A stretch of DNA of 63,065 nt, counting the filler, from an uncultured bacterium (GTDB lineage: Bacteria > JAGOEH01): NCBI GenBank assembly GCA_964632485.1. It is 3 parts of 3 records of this genome, joined end to end, with 100 filler letters (N's around TTAATTAATTAA, not from the genome) between each part and the next. Parts side by side here need not be neighbours in the genome. Positions count along the whole stretch, not along the records: positions 1 to 27,200 come from CAZWDO010000035.1; 2 more parts are not named here. One strand, 5' to 3'. Below are positions 1-15,461 of this stretch, in pieces (the stretch's first letter is position 1; each line of letters starts with the position of its first letter). The position numbers and the translations under genes were made by a program. Below the pieces are notes generated by a model. That model did not search any database. It was given only the letters and a program-made list of their open reading frames with translations, and had not been told where the DNA came from.

Positions 1-71
1 GATTGCGCTTCGCGATTCGCGAAGGCGGACGTACGGTTGGCGCCGGTGTGGTTACAGAGATTATTGAATAA
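1..71 (+). CDS. tuf: elongation factor Tu, C-terminal end (partial)
   Basis: Frame from nt 3 reads LRFAIREGGRTVGAGVVTEIIE*, the canonical EF-Tu C-terminus, followed by rpmG-tRNA-secE-nusG. Confidence 0.97.
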   Translation, partial: LRFAIREGGRTVGAGVVTEIIE

Positions 72-97
72 ACCTTCTTTGAGAGAGGATACAGACA

Positions 98-247
98 GTG
101 CGCGATTTAGTAATCTTGGCGTGTACGGAGTGCAAACGACGAAACTACACGACTACCAAAAATAAAAAGAAGCACCAGGAAAAACTGGAACATAAAAAAT
201 TCTGTCGCTTTTGTCGTAAGCATACGAAACACAAAGAGACAAAATAA
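98..247 (+). CDS. rpmG: 50S ribosomal protein L33 (zinc-binding CxxC...CxxC form), missing from ORF track
   Basis: GTG start after [55 protein letters not shown], 49 aa. Confidence 0.97.
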   Translation: MRDLVILACTECKRRNYTTTKNKKKHQEKLEHKKFCRFCRKHTKHKETK

Positions 248-260
248 GCTTTGAATACAC

Positions 261-334
261 AGGCCAGTAGCTCTAACGGCTAGAGCGCCGGACTCCAAAT
301 CCGGATGTTGGGGGTTCGAATCCCTCCTGGCCTG
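261..334 (+). tRNA. tRNA-Trp(CCA), 3' CCA not encoded
   Basis: Acceptor AGGCCAG/CTGGCCT, anticodon arm CCGGA-CTCCAAA-TCCGG, T arm GGTTCGAATCC; classical position between rpmG and secE. Confidence 0.97.
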
Positions 335-365
335 TTTTGTTTTTTACCAACCACTTAAGTCGTAG

Positions 366-563
366 ATGGAGTTGTTAACTATGATGGAAAAGATCCAAAA
401 ATTCATTAGAGAAGTCCGTAAAGAGTTTGACATGGTAAGTTGGCCCAAACAGGAACAGGTCGTCGGCTCAACCGGAGTGGTGATTTTTGTGACGATCGTT
501 TTGGCCATCTTTGTTTTAATTGCCGACAAGATTCTTGAAAAAGCAATTTTCCTGATCATGTAA
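366..563 (+). CDS. secE: preprotein translocase subunit SecE (true start probably 381 or 384)
   Basis: FIREVRKEFDMVSWP motif plus a single TM helix; upstream of nusG. Confidence 0.93.
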   Translation: MELLTMMEKIQKFIREVRKEFDMVSWPKQEQVVGSTGVVIFVTIVLAIFVLIADKILEKAIFLIM

Positions 564-578
564 GGAACGAGGAGTACA

Positions 579-1124
579 ATGGCTGAAATGATTCCGCAAT
601 GGTTTGCTATTCATACCTATTCAGGTCAGGAAAATAAAATTAAAAATATGATTGAAGAGGCGATGAAGAAAGCGGAATGGCAGAATCGGATTTTTCAGGT
701 TTTGTTGCCGTTTGAAGAGCGCTATGAAGTCAAAAATGGTAAAAAACGAAAAGTCCAGAAAAAATATTTTCCATCATATTTATTAATTCAAATGGTTGAA
801 GATGAGGACATTATTCATTTTGTTTTAAATATTCCCGGTGTTACCAATTTCCTGGGAGCCAAAAACAAGCCGGCGCCGTTAACGGAGAATGAAGTCAATC
901 GTCTCGTTGCGCAGCTTGAGGAAAAACGGGAAAGCAGTCGCGATCGATATCCCTATCATGTGGGCGAACAAGTAAAAATTGTGGATGGTCCGTTTAAAAC
1001 GTTTACGGGTATTGTGGATCATGTAAACCCGGAAAAGAACAAAATCAGAGTAATGGTCCGTATTTTCGGAAGAGCGACACCGGTCGAATTGAATTTCGAG
1101 CAGGTGACAACTGAGAATAAATAA
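579..1124 (+). CDS. nusG: transcription termination/antitermination factor NusG
   Basis: WFAIHTYSGQE, FPSYLL, KOW GPFKTFTG, FGRATPVEL. Confidence 0.98.
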   Translation: MAEMIPQWFAIHTYSGQENKIKNMIEEAMKKAEWQNRIFQVLLPFEERYEVKNGKKRKVQKKYFPSYLLIQMVEDEDIIHFVLNIPGVTNFLGAKNKPAPLTENEVNRLVAQLEEKRESSRDRYPYHVGEQVKIVDGPFKTFTGIVDHVNPEKNKIRVMVRIFGRATPVELNFEQVTTENK

Positions 1125-1139
1125 AAGAGAGGTGAAACC

Positions 1140-1565
1140 TTGGCGAAGAAAATTACCGGTTACATCAAGTTGCAGATTCCTTCGGGTAACGCGAACCCAT
1201 CGCCCCCGGTAGGACCCGCCTTGGGGCAGCATGGTGTTAACATCATGGAATTTTGTAAGGCATTTAATGCGAGGACGCAAAAAGAATCTGGGTTGATTAT
1301 ACCTGTTGTGATAACGGTATATGCTGATAAAAGTTTTACTTTTATCACCAAATCACCCCCCGCCGCTGTATTAATTAAGCGCGCTCTGGGACTACAAAAA
1401 GGGGCAGGGGTGCCCAACCGCGATAAAGTCGGTAAAATATCCCTCAGCCAATTGGAAGAAATTGCTAAAATTAAGCAAGAAGATTTAAATGCGCATACTT
1501 TGTCTGCAGCGGTAAAAATTATTGCCGGTACCGCCCGAAGTATGGGTGTTGAAGTAATTGACTAA
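1140..1565 (+). CDS. rplK: 50S ribosomal protein L11
   Basis: [26 protein letters not shown] start after GAGGTG. Confidence 0.99.
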   Translation: MAKKITGYIKLQIPSGNANPSPPVGPALGQHGVNIMEFCKAFNARTQKESGLIIPVVITVYADKSFTFITKSPPAAVLIKRALGLQKGAGVPNRDKVGKISLSQLEEIAKIKQEDLNAHTLSAAVKIIAGTARSMGVEVID

Positions 1566-1588
1566 ACTCATTTGTGGAAGGTGTTTCT

Positions 1589-2281
1589 ATGAAACTATCA
1601 AAACGCTACAGTGAAAATCTTAAAATGTTCGATTTGAACAAGCGATATTCACTGACTGAGGCGCTGGCGGTATTGAAAAAATTCAAAGCGAGTAAGTTCA
1701 ATGAATCCGTTGAATGCGTTGTTCGCTTGAATATCGATCCGCGACATGCCGATCAGATAGTCAGAGGCACCGTTTCTTTACCACATGGAATAGGCAAAGC
1801 CGTCCGGGTACTGGTCTTGGCTAAAGGCGAAAAGATCAAGGAAGCTCAGGACGCCGGCGCTGATTTTGTCGGCAGCGATGAAATGATCGAAAAGATCAAA
1901 GGCGGTTGGATTGATTTCGACGCCGTGATCGCTACTCCCGACATCATGAGTGAAGCAGCGAAATTGGGACGAATTTTAGGTCCCCGTGGATTAATGCCTA
2001 ATCCCAAAGTAGGAACGGTAACCTTTGAAATCGAGCGCACAGTCAAAGAAATTAAAGCTGGTAAAATCGAGTTTCGTACGGACAAACAAGGTAATGTCGC
2101 TTCAATTGTCGGAAAGTTGTCTTTTGATGACATCAGATTACTTGAGAATATTGAAGCCTATTACAAGAGTCTGATGGCGGCTAAACCCGCTACCGTAAAA
2201 GGACAGTATGTCAAAAATATGGTAATCAGCACGACCATGAGTCCCGGAGTCCGCGTGGATTTCACCTCGATCGTGAATTAG
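1589..2281 (+). CDS. rplA: 50S ribosomal protein L1
   Basis: [27 protein letters not shown] at 1589 after GAAGGTG. Confidence 0.98.
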   Translation: MKLSKRYSENLKMFDLNKRYSLTEALAVLKKFKASKFNESVECVVRLNIDPRHADQIVRGTVSLPHGIGKAVRVLVLAKGEKIKEAQDAGADFVGSDEMIEKIKGGWIDFDAVIATPDIMSEAAKLGRILGPRGLMPNPKVGTVTFEIERTVKEIKAGKIEFRTDKQGNVASIVGKLSFDDIRLLENIEAYYKSLMAAKPATVKGQYVKNMVISTTMSPGVRVDFTSIVN

Positions 2282-2295
2282 GTAAGGAGCAGGCA

Positions 2296-2811
2296 ATGAG
2301 AAAAGATCAAAAAAAAGAATTGATTGCCGAGTTCCACGCCCTCTTCGAAGACAACAATTTTGTGGTCACCGATTTTACCGGGGTTAAAGTCAATTCGATC
2401 AACACTCTGCGGCATAAATTGCATGCTGAAAATGTCGAGTATGTTGTCGTTAAAAATACCCTGGCGCAAATCGCTTTAAAGAACTGTGGATTAGGCGATC
2501 TATCCGACCGCTTTAGTCAGAATAACGGAGTTGCCTTTGTCAAAGGTGATCCGGTTAAACTTGCTAAGGTCTTAAAAGAATATGCCAAAACTGAAGCCAA
2601 GTTTAAAATTAAATTTGGGGTTTTGGAGAAACAGTATATTGATCAGTCGCAAGTTGAAGCATTGGCGGAATTGCCCGATAAAAATACACTTATCGCAGTG
2701 TTTATGGGCACTCTGATGGCTCCGCTAACCAATTTCGTTCGCATGATAAACCAGCCGCTAACCAGTTTTGCCTGCGCTGTTAAGCAATTGGCAGAAAAAC
2801 AAGAAAACTGA
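2296..2811 (+). CDS. rplJ: 50S ribosomal protein L10
   Basis: VVKNTLA motif; position between rplA and rplL. Confidence 0.96.
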   Translation: MRKDQKKELIAEFHALFEDNNFVVTDFTGVKVNSINTLRHKLHAENVEYVVVKNTLAQIALKNCGLGDLSDRFSQNNGVAFVKGDPVKLAKVLKEYAKTEAKFKIKFGVLEKQYIDQSQVEALAELPDKNTLIAVFMGTLMAPLTNFVRMINQPLTSFACAVKQLAEKQEN

Positions 2812-2828
2812 AATTCTGGAGGATAACG

Positions 2829-3227
2829 ATGTCTGACCAACAAATCACCTTAACCGATAATGCCAATAAAGTTCTGGAACTTTTAGAAACAATGAACATT
2901 CTTGAATTGGCGAATTTGGTAAAAGCGATTGAAGAAAAATTTGGCATTACGGCCGCCGCTCCGGTTGCCGCTGCCGCCGCCGCTCCGGTTGCCGCCGCTC
3001 CGGTCGTTGAGGAAAAAACCGAATTCAATGTATTGCTGAAAGAAGTCGGCGCTCAAAAGCTGCAAGTTATTAAAGTGATTCGCGCTTTAACAGGTCTCGG
3101 CCTCAAAGAAGCCAAAGATGTTGTCGACGGCGCTCCGTCCACTGTTAAAGAAAATGTCAGCAAGGCCGAAGCCGATGACATGAAAGCGAAACTTGCTGAA
3201 GTTGGCGCTACAGTTGAAATTAAATAA
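2829..3227 (+). CDS. rplL: 50S ribosomal protein L7/L12
   Basis: Ala-rich hinge, [17 protein letters not shown]. Confidence 0.99.
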   Translation: MSDQQITLTDNANKVLELLETMNILELANLVKAIEEKFGITAAAPVAAAAAAPVAAAPVVEEKTEFNVLLKEVGAQKLQVIKVIRALTGLGLKEAKDVVDGAPSTVKENVSKAEADDMKAKLAEVGATVEIK

Positions 3228-3258
3228 AAACATCTTTCTTGTTGAGCTTTTCCTTTCC

Positions 3259-3293
3259 AAGTACCAGGGGCTATCCTCTGGTACTTCTTTTTT
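3259..3293 (+). terminator. intrinsic terminator/attenuator between rplL and rpoB
   Basis: Stem AAGTACCAGGGG / CCTCTGGTACTT followed by CTTTTTT. Confidence 0.75.
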
Positions 3294-3328
3294 AAAAAAA
3301 ACCAATTTGAAAGGGGAATAGTATCTTT

Positions 3329-7126
<3,798 letters not shown>

Positions 7127-7152
7127 CAGTAGTAGTTTCGAGGAGGCCCTCC

Positions 7153-10100
7153 TTGTTTAAATATTTAGACACTAAAAAAACCTCTCCCAGTAATTTCCGG
7201 TCGATCGGAATCAGTCTCGCTTCACCGGAAACTATTCGGAAATGGTCGTATGGAGAAGTAACAAAACCGGAGACCATCAATTACCGAACCTTTAAACCGG
7301 AAAAAGGGGGTTTGTTTTGTGAACAGATCTTCGGACCGGTTAAAGATTGGGAATGTTCATGCGGTAAGTATAAGCGGATTCGCTATAAAGGTGTTATTTG
7401 CGACCGGTGCGGCGTTGAAGTGACTTTGTCAAAAGTACGACGAGAACGCATGGGACATATCGAATTGGCTGTTCCGGTCTCCCATATCTGGTATTTAAGA
7501 AGTAATCCCAGCCGTATCGGCTATTTGTTGAATATGAGCATTCCACAGTTAGAACGGGTCATCTACTACGAGTCTTATGTCGTAATTGATCCGGGCAATA
7601 CGGACCTGGCTTTTATGGAGTTGATCACTGAAGACGATTACTTAAAGTTGAAACGCGAAGGAAAACATATTGAAGCTAATATGGGCGCCGGCGCAATTCA
7701 ACGCTTGCTTGAAATGATTGATATTGAGGAACTTTCCGCAAAATTGCGGACCCAGGCTAAAGTGGAAACTTCGGTGCAGCGCCGTGAAGAGGCGTTCAAA
7801 CGTCTTCAAGTCGTAGAAGCTTTTCTCAATTCAGATAATCAGACGAATTGGATGATTTTACGAGTGATTCCGGTACTGCCACCGGAACTTCGTCCGTTGG
7901 TTCCTCTTGAAGGCGGACGCTTTGCCAGCTCCGATCTCAATGACCTTTACCGTCGTTTGATCAACCGCAATAACCGATTGAAAAAAATGATGGAAATTCC
8001 AGCCCCTGAAGTAATCTTGCGCAACGAAAAACGGATGCTGCAGGAAGCGGTCGATGCCCTGTTTGATAATGGGAAACGCATCAACGCGGTCCGGGGTTCT
8101 ACTGGTAACCGCCCTTTAAAATCGCTGAGTGATATGCTCAAAGGTAAAACAGGACGGTTTCGGCAAAACCTGCTGGGGAAACGCGTGGATTATTCGGGGC
8201 GTTCCGTTATCGTAGTTGGACCCGACTTGCGGCTTTTTGAATGCGGTCTTCCTAAGAAAATGGCATTAGAGCTTTTTAAACCATTTATTATACGGGAACT
8301 GTTGAGTTCCGGCTCATGCTCAACTCTAAAAGCAGCTAAAAAAATGGTGGAACGAGAATATCCGAAAGTTTGGGATATTCTGGAACAGGTTATCAAAAAC
8401 CATCCGGTTTTGTTAAACCGCGCTCCCACATTGCATCGTCTGGGTATCCAGGCTTTTATGCCGCGTTTGATCGAGGGTAAAGCCATTCGTATCCATCCTT
8501 TGGTTTGCAGCGCGTTTAATGCCGATTTCGATGGCGATCAGATGGCCGTGCATGTTCCTCTCTCTTTTGAAGCGCAAATTGAAGCCGGTACTCTTATGCT
8601 TTCTTCGAATAATATCTTATCTCCCGCGCATGGTAAACCGCTGGCTGTTCCTTCTCAGGATATGGTTATCGGTATCTATTATTTGACCAAAGGCAGTAGC
8701 AATGCCAAGGGCAGTAACCGGCTCATCTCGACTTTCAACGAAGCTGAAGCTCTGTTATTTAATGATATCGTCGATTTACACGCTGTTGTCTGGTTCAAAC
8801 CGGATAATTGCGAAAAACCGATTAAAACTACTTTGGGCCGAATAATTTTTAATTCAATTGTACCCAAAGAAATCGGGTATATCAACGATCTTCTCAATAA
8901 AAAACAACTCAGCGAGCTGGTGGATAAAATTTATCGTAAATTGGGTATTCACGCCACCACTCGGTTTTTAGACGATCTTAAACAGCTCGGATATAAATAT
9001 GCAACCCGAAGCGGACTCTCAATCGGTATTGACGATCTGCTGGTGCCAGAAGAAAAAGCTGCAATTATTGAACATTCGACCCAGAGTGTTGAAGAAGTGT
9101 CGCGCGAGAATGAGCGTGGAATCATTACCGCCGGTGAGCGTTATAATAAAATCATTGATATTTGGCAAAATGTGACCAATACGATCGGCGAAATTATGTT
9201 TGACAAAATGAAAGCCGACCAGAATGGATTCAATCCAGTATTTATGATGGCTGATTCCGGCGCCCGCGGTAGTAAAGAGCAGATTCGTCAGTTGGCGGGG
9301 ATGCGCGGTTTGATGACCAAACCTCAAAAGAAAATAACCGGTCAAATTGGTGAAATTATTGAAAACCCGATTATCGCCAATTTCCGTGAAGGATTGACCG
9401 TTATCGAATACTTCATATCGACTCACGGCGCTCGTAAAGGTTTGGCAGATACTGCGTTAAAAACTGCTGATGCTGGGTATCTTACCCGACGTCTGGTGGA
9501 TGTGGCCCAGGATGTTATCATCACTGAAGAGGATTGTGGAACCATTGTCGGGATTGAAATGTCCGCTTTAAAAGAAGGCGGAGATATTATCGAATCCCTG
9601 GCTGAACGTATTATCGGCCGGGTCGTCCTTGATGATGTTTTTAATCCTTATACCGATGAACTTATTTTGGAAGCGAATTTGCAAATAACTGAGGAAATCG
9701 CCGCTCGTATCGAAAAGGCCGGTATCGATATCGTTCGAATCCGTTCTGTGCTTACGTGCGATGCAAAGCATGGAGTATGCCGACAATGCTATGGACGTAA
9801 TCTGGCCACGGGTAAAATGGGTGAACTGGGTGAAGCTGTCGGGGTTGTCGCCGCTCAAAGTATCGGCGAACCAGGTACTCAGCTTACGCTACGTACGTTT
9901 CATATCGGGGGTACTGCCAGTTTGATTCTGCAGCAATCACGAGTGACAGCAAAATTTGGGGGTGAAATCTTCCTCAAAGATGTAGAATATGTTTCTAATA
10001 AGGAAAATCAAAAAGTCGTAATTAGTCGTCGAGGCGAAATGCAGATTCTCGATTCGGATAATAATCCAGTTTTTAAAATTGATATCCCTCACGGCTCAAT

Positions 10101-11178
10101 TTTAATGGCCGAACATGAAAAAACCGTTAAAGAAGGCGATCTCGTTTTTGAATGGGATACGTATGCCAGCTCTTTGATTACTGATATCGAAGGAGTGATC
10201 CGCTTTTACGATATTATCGAAAATGTCTCTATTCATGAAGAAACCTCCGAAATTACCGGGGGAAAGAAACGAACGGTTGTTATTGAATCCCGTGATAAAG
10301 CCTTACACCCGCGAATTGAAATTTTCAATGAAAATACTAACCGTAAACGCGAATTTGCCCTGCCTACGGGTACTGTCATTTTGGTTAACGAAGGTGAAAA
10401 AGTTTATGTTGGTGACGTAATCGGTAAAATTCCGCGCGAGACCTCTAAAACCCGTGATATCACCGGTGGTCTTCCGCGAATTGCCGAACTCTTTGAAGCG
10501 CGTATCCCGACAGAGTCCGCCGTTATTTCTGAAGTGGACGGTTTGATTAAATATGGAAAAATCACGCGGGGTATGAGAAGAATAACGGTTACCGACGAAA
10601 ACAACGTGGAGCATCAGTATTCAATCGCCCAAGGAAAACACTTACTTATCCATGATGGTGATTATATCCGGGTGGGTGAACGGATTTGTGAAGGCCCCAT
10701 CAATCCTCACGATATCCTCGCGATCCAGGGTGTCCAGAAAGTCCAGGAATACCTTGTCAATCAATTTCAGGAAGTCTATCGTCTCCAAGGTGTTAAAATC
10801 AATGATAAACATCTTGAAATTATCGTCCGACAGATGTTGCGTAAAATGCAGATCGAAGATTCCGGAGATACCCGCTTTTTGGAAAATGATATCGTTGATA
10901 AACAGGAACTCATTGAGGAAAATCAGCGTATTCATAAAAAAGGCGGTACTCCAGCGACATTCAAACCCATATTGCTGGGGATCACCCGCGCCTCTTTAAC
11001 TACTACCAGTTTTATTTCAGCCGCCTCCTTTCAGGAAACAACACGGGTTCTCACTGATGCCGCGGTTAATGGAAAAACCGATCATCTTATCGGACTTAAG
11101 GAAAATGTCATCCTGGGTCATTTAGTTCCCGCAGGGTCCGGATTTAGCCGGTATCGTAAGATTAAAATCAAAGAATAG
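7153..11178 (+). CDS. rpoC: DNA-directed RNA polymerase subunit beta'
   Basis: NADFDGDQM catalytic motif, zinc finger CSCGKYK...CDRC; TTG start after GAGGAGG. Confidence 0.99.
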   Translation: MFKYLDTKKTSPSNFRSIGISLASPETIRKWSYGEVTKPETINYRTFKPEKGGLFCEQIFGPVKDWECSCGKYKRIRYKGVICDRCGVEVTLSKVRRERMGHIELAVPVSHIWYLRSNPSRIGYLLNMSIPQLERVIYYESYVVIDPGNTDLAFMELITEDDYLKLKREGKHIEANMGAGAIQRLLEMIDIEELSAKLRTQAKVETSVQRREEAFKRLQVVEAFLNSDNQTNWMILRVIPVLPPELRPLVPLEGGRFASSDLNDLYRRLINRNNRLKKMMEIPAPEVILRNEKRMLQEAVDALFDNGKRINAVRGSTGNRPLKSLSDMLKGKTGRFRQNLLGKRVDYSGRSVIVVGPDLRLFECGLPKKMALELFKPFIIRELLSSGSCSTLKAAKKMVEREYPKVWDILEQVIKNHPVLLNRAPTLHRLGIQAFMPRLIEGKAIRIHPLVCSAFNADFDGDQMAVHVPLSFEAQIEAGTLMLSSNNILSPAHGKPLAVPSQDMVIGIYYLTKGSSNAKGSNRLISTFNEAEALLFNDIVDLHAVVWFKPDNCEKPIKTTLGRIIFNSIVPKEIGYINDLLNKKQLSELVDKIYRKLGIHATTRFLDDLKQLGYKYATRSGLSIGIDDLLVPEEKAAIIEHSTQSVEEVSRENERGIITAGERYNKIIDIWQNVTNTIGEIMFDKMKADQNGFNPVFMMADSGARGSKEQIRQLAGMRGLMTKPQKKITGQIGEIIENPIIANFREGLTVIEYFISTHGARKGLADTALKTADAGYLTRRLVDVAQDVIITEEDCGTIVGIEMSALKEGGDIIESLAERIIGRVVLDDVFNPYTDELILEANLQITEEIAARIEKAGIDIVRIRSVLTCDAKHGVCRQCYGRNLATGKMGELGEAVGVVAAQSIGEPGTQLTLRTFHIGGTASLILQQSRVTAKFGGEIFLKDVEYVSNKENQKVVISRRGEMQILDSDNNPVFKIDIPHGSILMAEHEKTVKEGDLVFEWDTYASSLITDIEGVIRFYDIIENVSIHEETSEITGGKKRTVVIESRDKALHPRIEIFNENTNRKREFALPTGTVILVNEGEKVYVGDVIGKIPRETSKTRDITGGLPRIAELFEARIPTESAVISEVDGLIKYGKITRGMRRITVTDENNVEHQYSIAQGKHLLIHDGDYIRVGERICEGPINPHDILAIQGVQKVQEYLVNQFQEVYRLQGVKINDKHLEIIVRQMLRKMQIEDSGDTRFLENDIVDKQELIEENQRIHKKGGTPATFKPILLGITRASLTTTSFISAASFQETTRVLTDAAVNGKTDHLIGLKENVILGHLVPAGSGFSRYRKIKIKE

Positions 11179-11185
11179 TTGATAG

Positions 11186-11220
11186 AACCGTCCGGGACAA
11201 ATACCGGACGGTTTCTTTTA
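11186..11220 (+). terminator. intrinsic terminator after rpoC
   Basis: Perfect 10-bp stem AACCGTCCGG / CCGGACGGTT followed by TCTTTT. Confidence 0.8.
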
Positions 11221-11282
11221 CGCAAAAAAGCGCAGCGATTAAAAATGATAGATATTCTTTGTTAAACTCATGAAGCTATAAA

Positions 11283-12023
11283 ATGAAACACTTTTTTTTA
11301 GTATTAGCGTTAATAAGTATTTTCACGCCCCTTCTTATGCGAGCGGAAAATTTACCTCCCCTTGATTTAATTTGTTTTCCAACTGCCGGCACTTTAAATA
11401 AGCAACAGTTCCGTGGCCGCTTTTTTTTATACGACGAAGGCGGAATGACGACCTATACATTGTTTGGTTTGATCCATCGTCTGACGTTGGGATTTTCTTA
11501 TGGCGGTGATCATTTAATCGGGCAGAAACCCGTAAATTGGAACCAAAAAGTCGATTTCACTATTAAATACCGCTTCCTGGACGAAACATACAATCGTCCG
11601 GCAATTGCGGCCGGATATGAATCGCAGGGAATTGGTTCCTATAGTGAGGATCGCTACCTGTTTAAATCGACCGGATTTTATTGCGTCGTCTCCAAAAACT
11701 TTTTGTTGAAAGGGAATTTGGGAGTCCATGGCGGGATTAATTATAGTTTGGAAGACGAAGATGACCACGACGTTAATTTTTATGTGGGTCTGGATAAGGA
11801 AATCGGATCTATTGTCTATCTGGCTTTGGAATATAGTCCGGGATTGAATGATGATGATCCCGCTGCCCGGGCTTACCGTCGGGGATTTTTAAACAGTTCC
11901 CTCGGTTTTCATCTTCCGGGTGGATTCGACTTGGAATTAGTCTTTTTAGATTTGCTTGAAAACAGTAAGGCTCTCAGCCATCCCATGCGGTGTATCCGTA
12001 TTGGACTGGCCGCTCAATTATAA
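11283..12023 (+). CDS. exported beta-rich protein, probably YjbH-like outer membrane protein
   Basis: Signal peptide, PTAGTL motif, alternating aromatic/Gly beta-strands. Confidence 0.55.
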   Translation: MKHFFLVLALISIFTPLLMRAENLPPLDLICFPTAGTLNKQQFRGRFFLYDEGGMTTYTLFGLIHRLTLGFSYGGDHLIGQKPVNWNQKVDFTIKYRFLDETYNRPAIAAGYESQGIGSYSEDRYLFKSTGFYCVVSKNFLLKGNLGVHGGINYSLEDEDDHDVNFYVGLDKEIGSIVYLALEYSPGLNDDDPAARAYRRGFLNSSLGFHLPGGFDLELVFLDLLENSKALSHPMRCIRIGLAAQL

Positions 12024-12077
12024 ACTTACCAGTGTCATCCTTGCGGTTTAACTTCCCATCTGTTTCCTGTGGGATTG

Positions 12078-13544
12078 CTATAAAATAGTGTGGTATATGT
12101 CTATATATTGCAGCGCTTGTTTTTCCCAGCTATAATCTTGTGACATCGCAGCGCGTATCATTTTTTGCCATAAATCCTGATGGTTTTTCCAGATATCAAT
12201 GGCCTGGTCAAGGGATTGTTTAAATGCGTCACTGGAATACTCTTCAAAGAGAAACCCAGTGGCTGATTCTGCATCGTCTTCAGTTTGGAACGGCGCAATC
12301 GAATCGACCAAACCGCCTGTCTTGTGCGCTACCGGCAGAGTGCCATAGAGTTGTCCAACCATCTGAATTAATCCGGATGGTTCAATCTTGGAGGGCATCA
12401 GAAGGATATCCCCTCCAGCGATAAGCTGGTGAAGTATTTCAGTTTCTTCATGCAAAATAACGGCGAGCCGGCCTGGATATTCTGCCGCTATTTCAGTGAA
12501 GTATTGTTCGTAAGAGGGATGTCCCCGGCCAGCAATAATCAGCGGGATATTGCGCGCCATCAGGTCTGGAATTAGAGGGCGCAAAATTTCTATCCCTTTG
12601 CGTTCAATGAATTTACCGGGAAATATCAGTAAGGGTAGATTGGTTGAAGGTGGTAATCCGGCCTTTTCCATAATGGCTGTCTTACAGTTCCCTTTCGCCG
12701 TTAATGCATCGGCTGAAAAAACAGACGGTAGAAAACGATCGTTAATCGGATTCCAAATCTGCGTATCAACGCCATTTAAGATTCCTCTGAACCGGTCCTG
12801 GAATTTGCTGAACAGTCCTTCAAGACCGGCGCCATAGGGTTCGTTACGGATTTCCTTAGCGTAAGTGGAACTAACTGTATTGAACGCATCAGCAAAAATT
12901 ATCCCTGCTTTATGAAAATTTATTTTTCCAAAATATTCCAGTTGTTCCGGATTGAACAGTTTCCAGGGCAGGCCGGTCATCGGCATATCAAAATGCCAAA
13001 ATAATCCCTGATAGGCGGCGTTGTGGAAGGTATAGAGCGTCTTGATGTTGCCCCAAAAAGGATCATTGAGGAAATTGCTTTTCAGATAGACGGGAATCAA
13101 ACCGCACTGCCAATTGTGAACGTGCAGTATATCGCAATTGATTCCCAAGGTTTTAATTGCAATTAAAACGGCTTTATTAAAAAAAATAAATCGTTCGGCA
13201 TTGTCCGGATAATCTCGGTAATCCTCGCCATAGAGACCCTGGCGTGAGAACAGGTCATGGTTATGCAGCAAATAGATGGCAACGGAAGATTCGGTGTTGA
13301 GCCGGCTGATCTTTAAGGGCCGTGTGTAATTGAGGATCGGCACATTTAAATTGTCATATAGCGTCGTGATTTTTTCATCAACGGTATGGAATTGCATATA
13401 ATGAGGCAGAAAAATCGAAACAGAATGGCCCATTTGCGCCAGAACGCGCGGGAGTCCGGCAATCACATCCGCCAATCCGCCATATTGGGCATAGGGAGCG
13501 AATTCTGTGGCAACAAAGATGATTTCGATTGGATTTTTTTTCAT
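12078..13544 (-). CDS. glgA: glycogen synthase family (GT5) protein with altered active-site motifs
   Basis: GGLADV, DNAERF, TFHNAAYQG, GILNGVD...WNP, PSKIEPSGL, TGGLVDS. Confidence 0.88.
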   Translation of the reverse strand: MKKNPIEIIFVATEFAPYAQYGGLADVIAGLPRVLAQMGHSVSIFLPHYMQFHTVDEKITTLYDNLNVPILNYTRPLKISRLNTESSVAIYLLHNHDLFSRQGLYGEDYRDYPDNAERFIFFNKAVLIAIKTLGINCDILHVHNWQCGLIPVYLKSNFLNDPFWGNIKTLYTFHNAAYQGLFWHFDMPMTGLPWKLFNPEQLEYFGKINFHKAGIIFADAFNTVSSTYAKEIRNEPYGAGLEGLFSKFQDRFRGILNGVDTQIWNPINDRFLPSVFSADALTAKGNCKTAIMEKAGLPPSTNLPLLIFPGKFIERKGIEILRPLIPDLMARNIPLIIAGRGHPSYEQYFTEIAAEYPGRLAVILHEETEILHQLIAGGDILLMPSKIEPSGLIQMVGQLYGTLPVAHKTGGLVDSIAPFQTEDDAESATGFLFEEYSSDAFKQSLDQAIDIWKNHQDLWQKMIRAAMSQDYSWEKQALQYIDIYHTIL

Positions 13545-13554
13545 ACTGATTCCT

Positions 13555-15006
13555 TTATCCTTTAATCACACCGACAGGGATTAAACGAGCAACAGGTAAG
13601 GCAAGATTTGCCTGAGACGTTACATTAATAACACGCTCGATATCTTTATAGGCTAATGGGGCTTCTTCCGCTATGCCCTTAAGAGATGCGGTTTTTAAAA
13701 AAATTTGCTGCTGATTTAGTTCATATCTGATTTTTTCTCCGCGAAACTGTTTTAAGGCTTGATGACGCGATAATCGGCGTCCAGCGCCGTGAGCGGTAGA
13801 GCCGAAGCTGTTTTCAAGTGCGGTGGTCGTTCCGCACAGAATGTAAGAAGAGGTGCCCATACTGCCGGGAATAAGAACGGGTTGTCCGACAGAGCGGTAA
13901 ATTTCTGGAATGGCTGGATGGCCGGCAGGAAAAGAACGGGTGGCCCCTTTCCGGTGAACAAAGAGTTGCTCCTGTTTACCATCAACCGGAAGTTGCTCCA
14001 GTTTCGCAATATTGTGCGCGACATCATAAACGGCTTGCAATTCCACTTTCCCGTGCCAAATGGAGTTAAAACTTTCCCGGACCCAATGCGCGATAATATG
14101 GCGGTTGGCCCAGGCAAAATTGGCGGCAGCGCTCATGGCCGCATAATAGTCAGACGCCTGAGGTGAACCGATCGGCGCATAGATTAAGTCTTTATCAGGA
14201 AGTTCTGCGCGGATTTTCGGATAGGCCTCCTCCATCAGTTGGATGTAATCGGAACAAACCTGATGTCCTAATCCACGGGATCCACAGTGTATCGACACCA
14301 TGATTTGTTCCGGCCGCTCAATGTGAAATGCCCGCGCAATATCGGCATTATAGATTTCTGCCACTTTTTGTATTTCTAAAAAATGATTGCCGCTGCCCAG
14401 GGTTCCCAATTGATCTCGTCCCCGTTTTCGGGCGGTTGCTGAAACCTTGTCGGCGCGCGCTGAACGCATGCAACCCTCTTCTTCCGCTAACAGCATATCC
14501 TCATCGGTTCCCCAGCCTTTTGACAGCGCCCATTTGGCGCCCAGGCTCAATACATCATCCATTTCTTTATCGGATAATCTGAGCCGGGAAGCTTTGCCTA
14601 CTCCGCTGGGTACGTTATTAAACAACCGGGACAGCAGGTCTTCAATTTTGTTTTTCAAATCATCGATCATCAGATTTGTCGCCAGTAAACGTACCCCACA
14701 ATTAATATCAAATCCGATTCCCCCCGGAGTAATGCACCCATTGTCCGCGCTAAAAGCCGCGACACCTCCAATTGGGAAACCGTATCCCTGATGAGCGTCC
14801 GGGCACATGATCACATATTTGCGAATCCCCGGCAAACTGCAGGCGACATGATACCCCTGGTCCAGAGCAGCGTCTTCTTTTATCGCCTGGAATAACATAC
14901 TGTCGGCATAGATCCGTACAGGAACTCTCATGGTTTCATTCTTCTCAATTTCATATAGAAAATTTTCTAATTTACGAATCGTATAGTTTTTCATAGATAT
15001 CCTCAC
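13555..15006 (-). CDS. rtcB: RNA-splicing ligase RtcB (long, archaeal/eukaryote-like type; start may be 14994)
   Basis: PDAHQGYGFPIG, GFDINCG, GTLGSGNHFLE, HCGSRG, HNIAK, HRKGAT, HGAGR, EEAPLAYK. Confidence 0.97.
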   Translation of the reverse strand: MRISMKNYTIRKLENFLYEIEKNETMRVPVRIYADSMLFQAIKEDAALDQGYHVACSLPGIRKYVIMCPDAHQGYGFPIGGVAAFSADNGCITPGGIGFDINCGVRLLATNLMIDDLKNKIEDLLSRLFNNVPSGVGKASRLRLSDKEMDDVLSLGAKWALSKGWGTDEDMLLAEEEGCMRSARADKVSATARKRGRDQLGTLGSGNHFLEIQKVAEIYNADIARAFHIERPEQIMVSIHCGSRGLGHQVCSDYIQLMEEAYPKIRAELPDKDLIYAPIGSPQASDYYAAMSAAANFAWANRHIIAHWVRESFNSIWHGKVELQAVYDVAHNIAKLEQLPVDGKQEQLFVHRKGATRSFPAGHPAIPEIYRSVGQPVLIPGSMGTSSYILCGTTTALENSFGSTAHGAGRRLSRHQALKQFRGEKIRYELNQQQIFLKTASLKGIAEEAPLAYKDIERVINVTSQANLALPVARLIPVGVIKG

Positions 15007-15455
15007 AAATCTAAAACAAATTGCGTATACCAGCTACCATCGTTACGAATCTCTGTTTTCATCAAATGGTAGGTGATGGCCTTGATGCCGGAGATAAAAT
15101 GATAATGTTCCGCTAGGTCGTAATCAATAGTGGCCCGTAACGAATAGCCGGTTTCAGTTTTTTCAATAGCGCAATCTCTGGCTCTAACAGGCAGTTCATA
15201 CTCACAATCTAAACGAATGATAAAGGATTCAATGTACCGATAAAGCAAAATATCCGGATTGGACGCCGTCAGTGTCAGGAGTTCAGCGCGGCGCGATCGG
15301 CTGCAATGCCGATCCAGCCATATCTTTTGCAGTGCAGGTATCACATGGCTGAAAGCCTGCGCTAAATCGCGACCATAGGTTCTGATTCTGATATCCGCCG
15401 TATGCTGAAAAAATCGATAACGCGCTGGATGCTTCTTTTGCTGTTTCATCGTCAT
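15003..15455 (-). CDS. archease (RtcB activator)
   Basis: N-terminal HTAD, C-terminal IKAITYH...VLDL; directly upstream of rtcB. Confidence 0.93.
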   Translation of the reverse strand: MTMKQQKKHPARYRFFQHTADIRIRTYGRDLAQAFSHVIPALQKIWLDRHCSRSRRAELLTLTASNPDILLYRYIESFIIRLDCEYELPVRARDCAIEKTETGYSLRATIDYDLAEHYHFISGIKAITYHLMKTEIRNDGSWYTQFVLDL

Positions 15456-15461
15456 TAATTT

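Noticed and set aside
107-298. 63-aa minus-strand ORF
   Set aside because: Antisense to rpmG and tRNA-Trp
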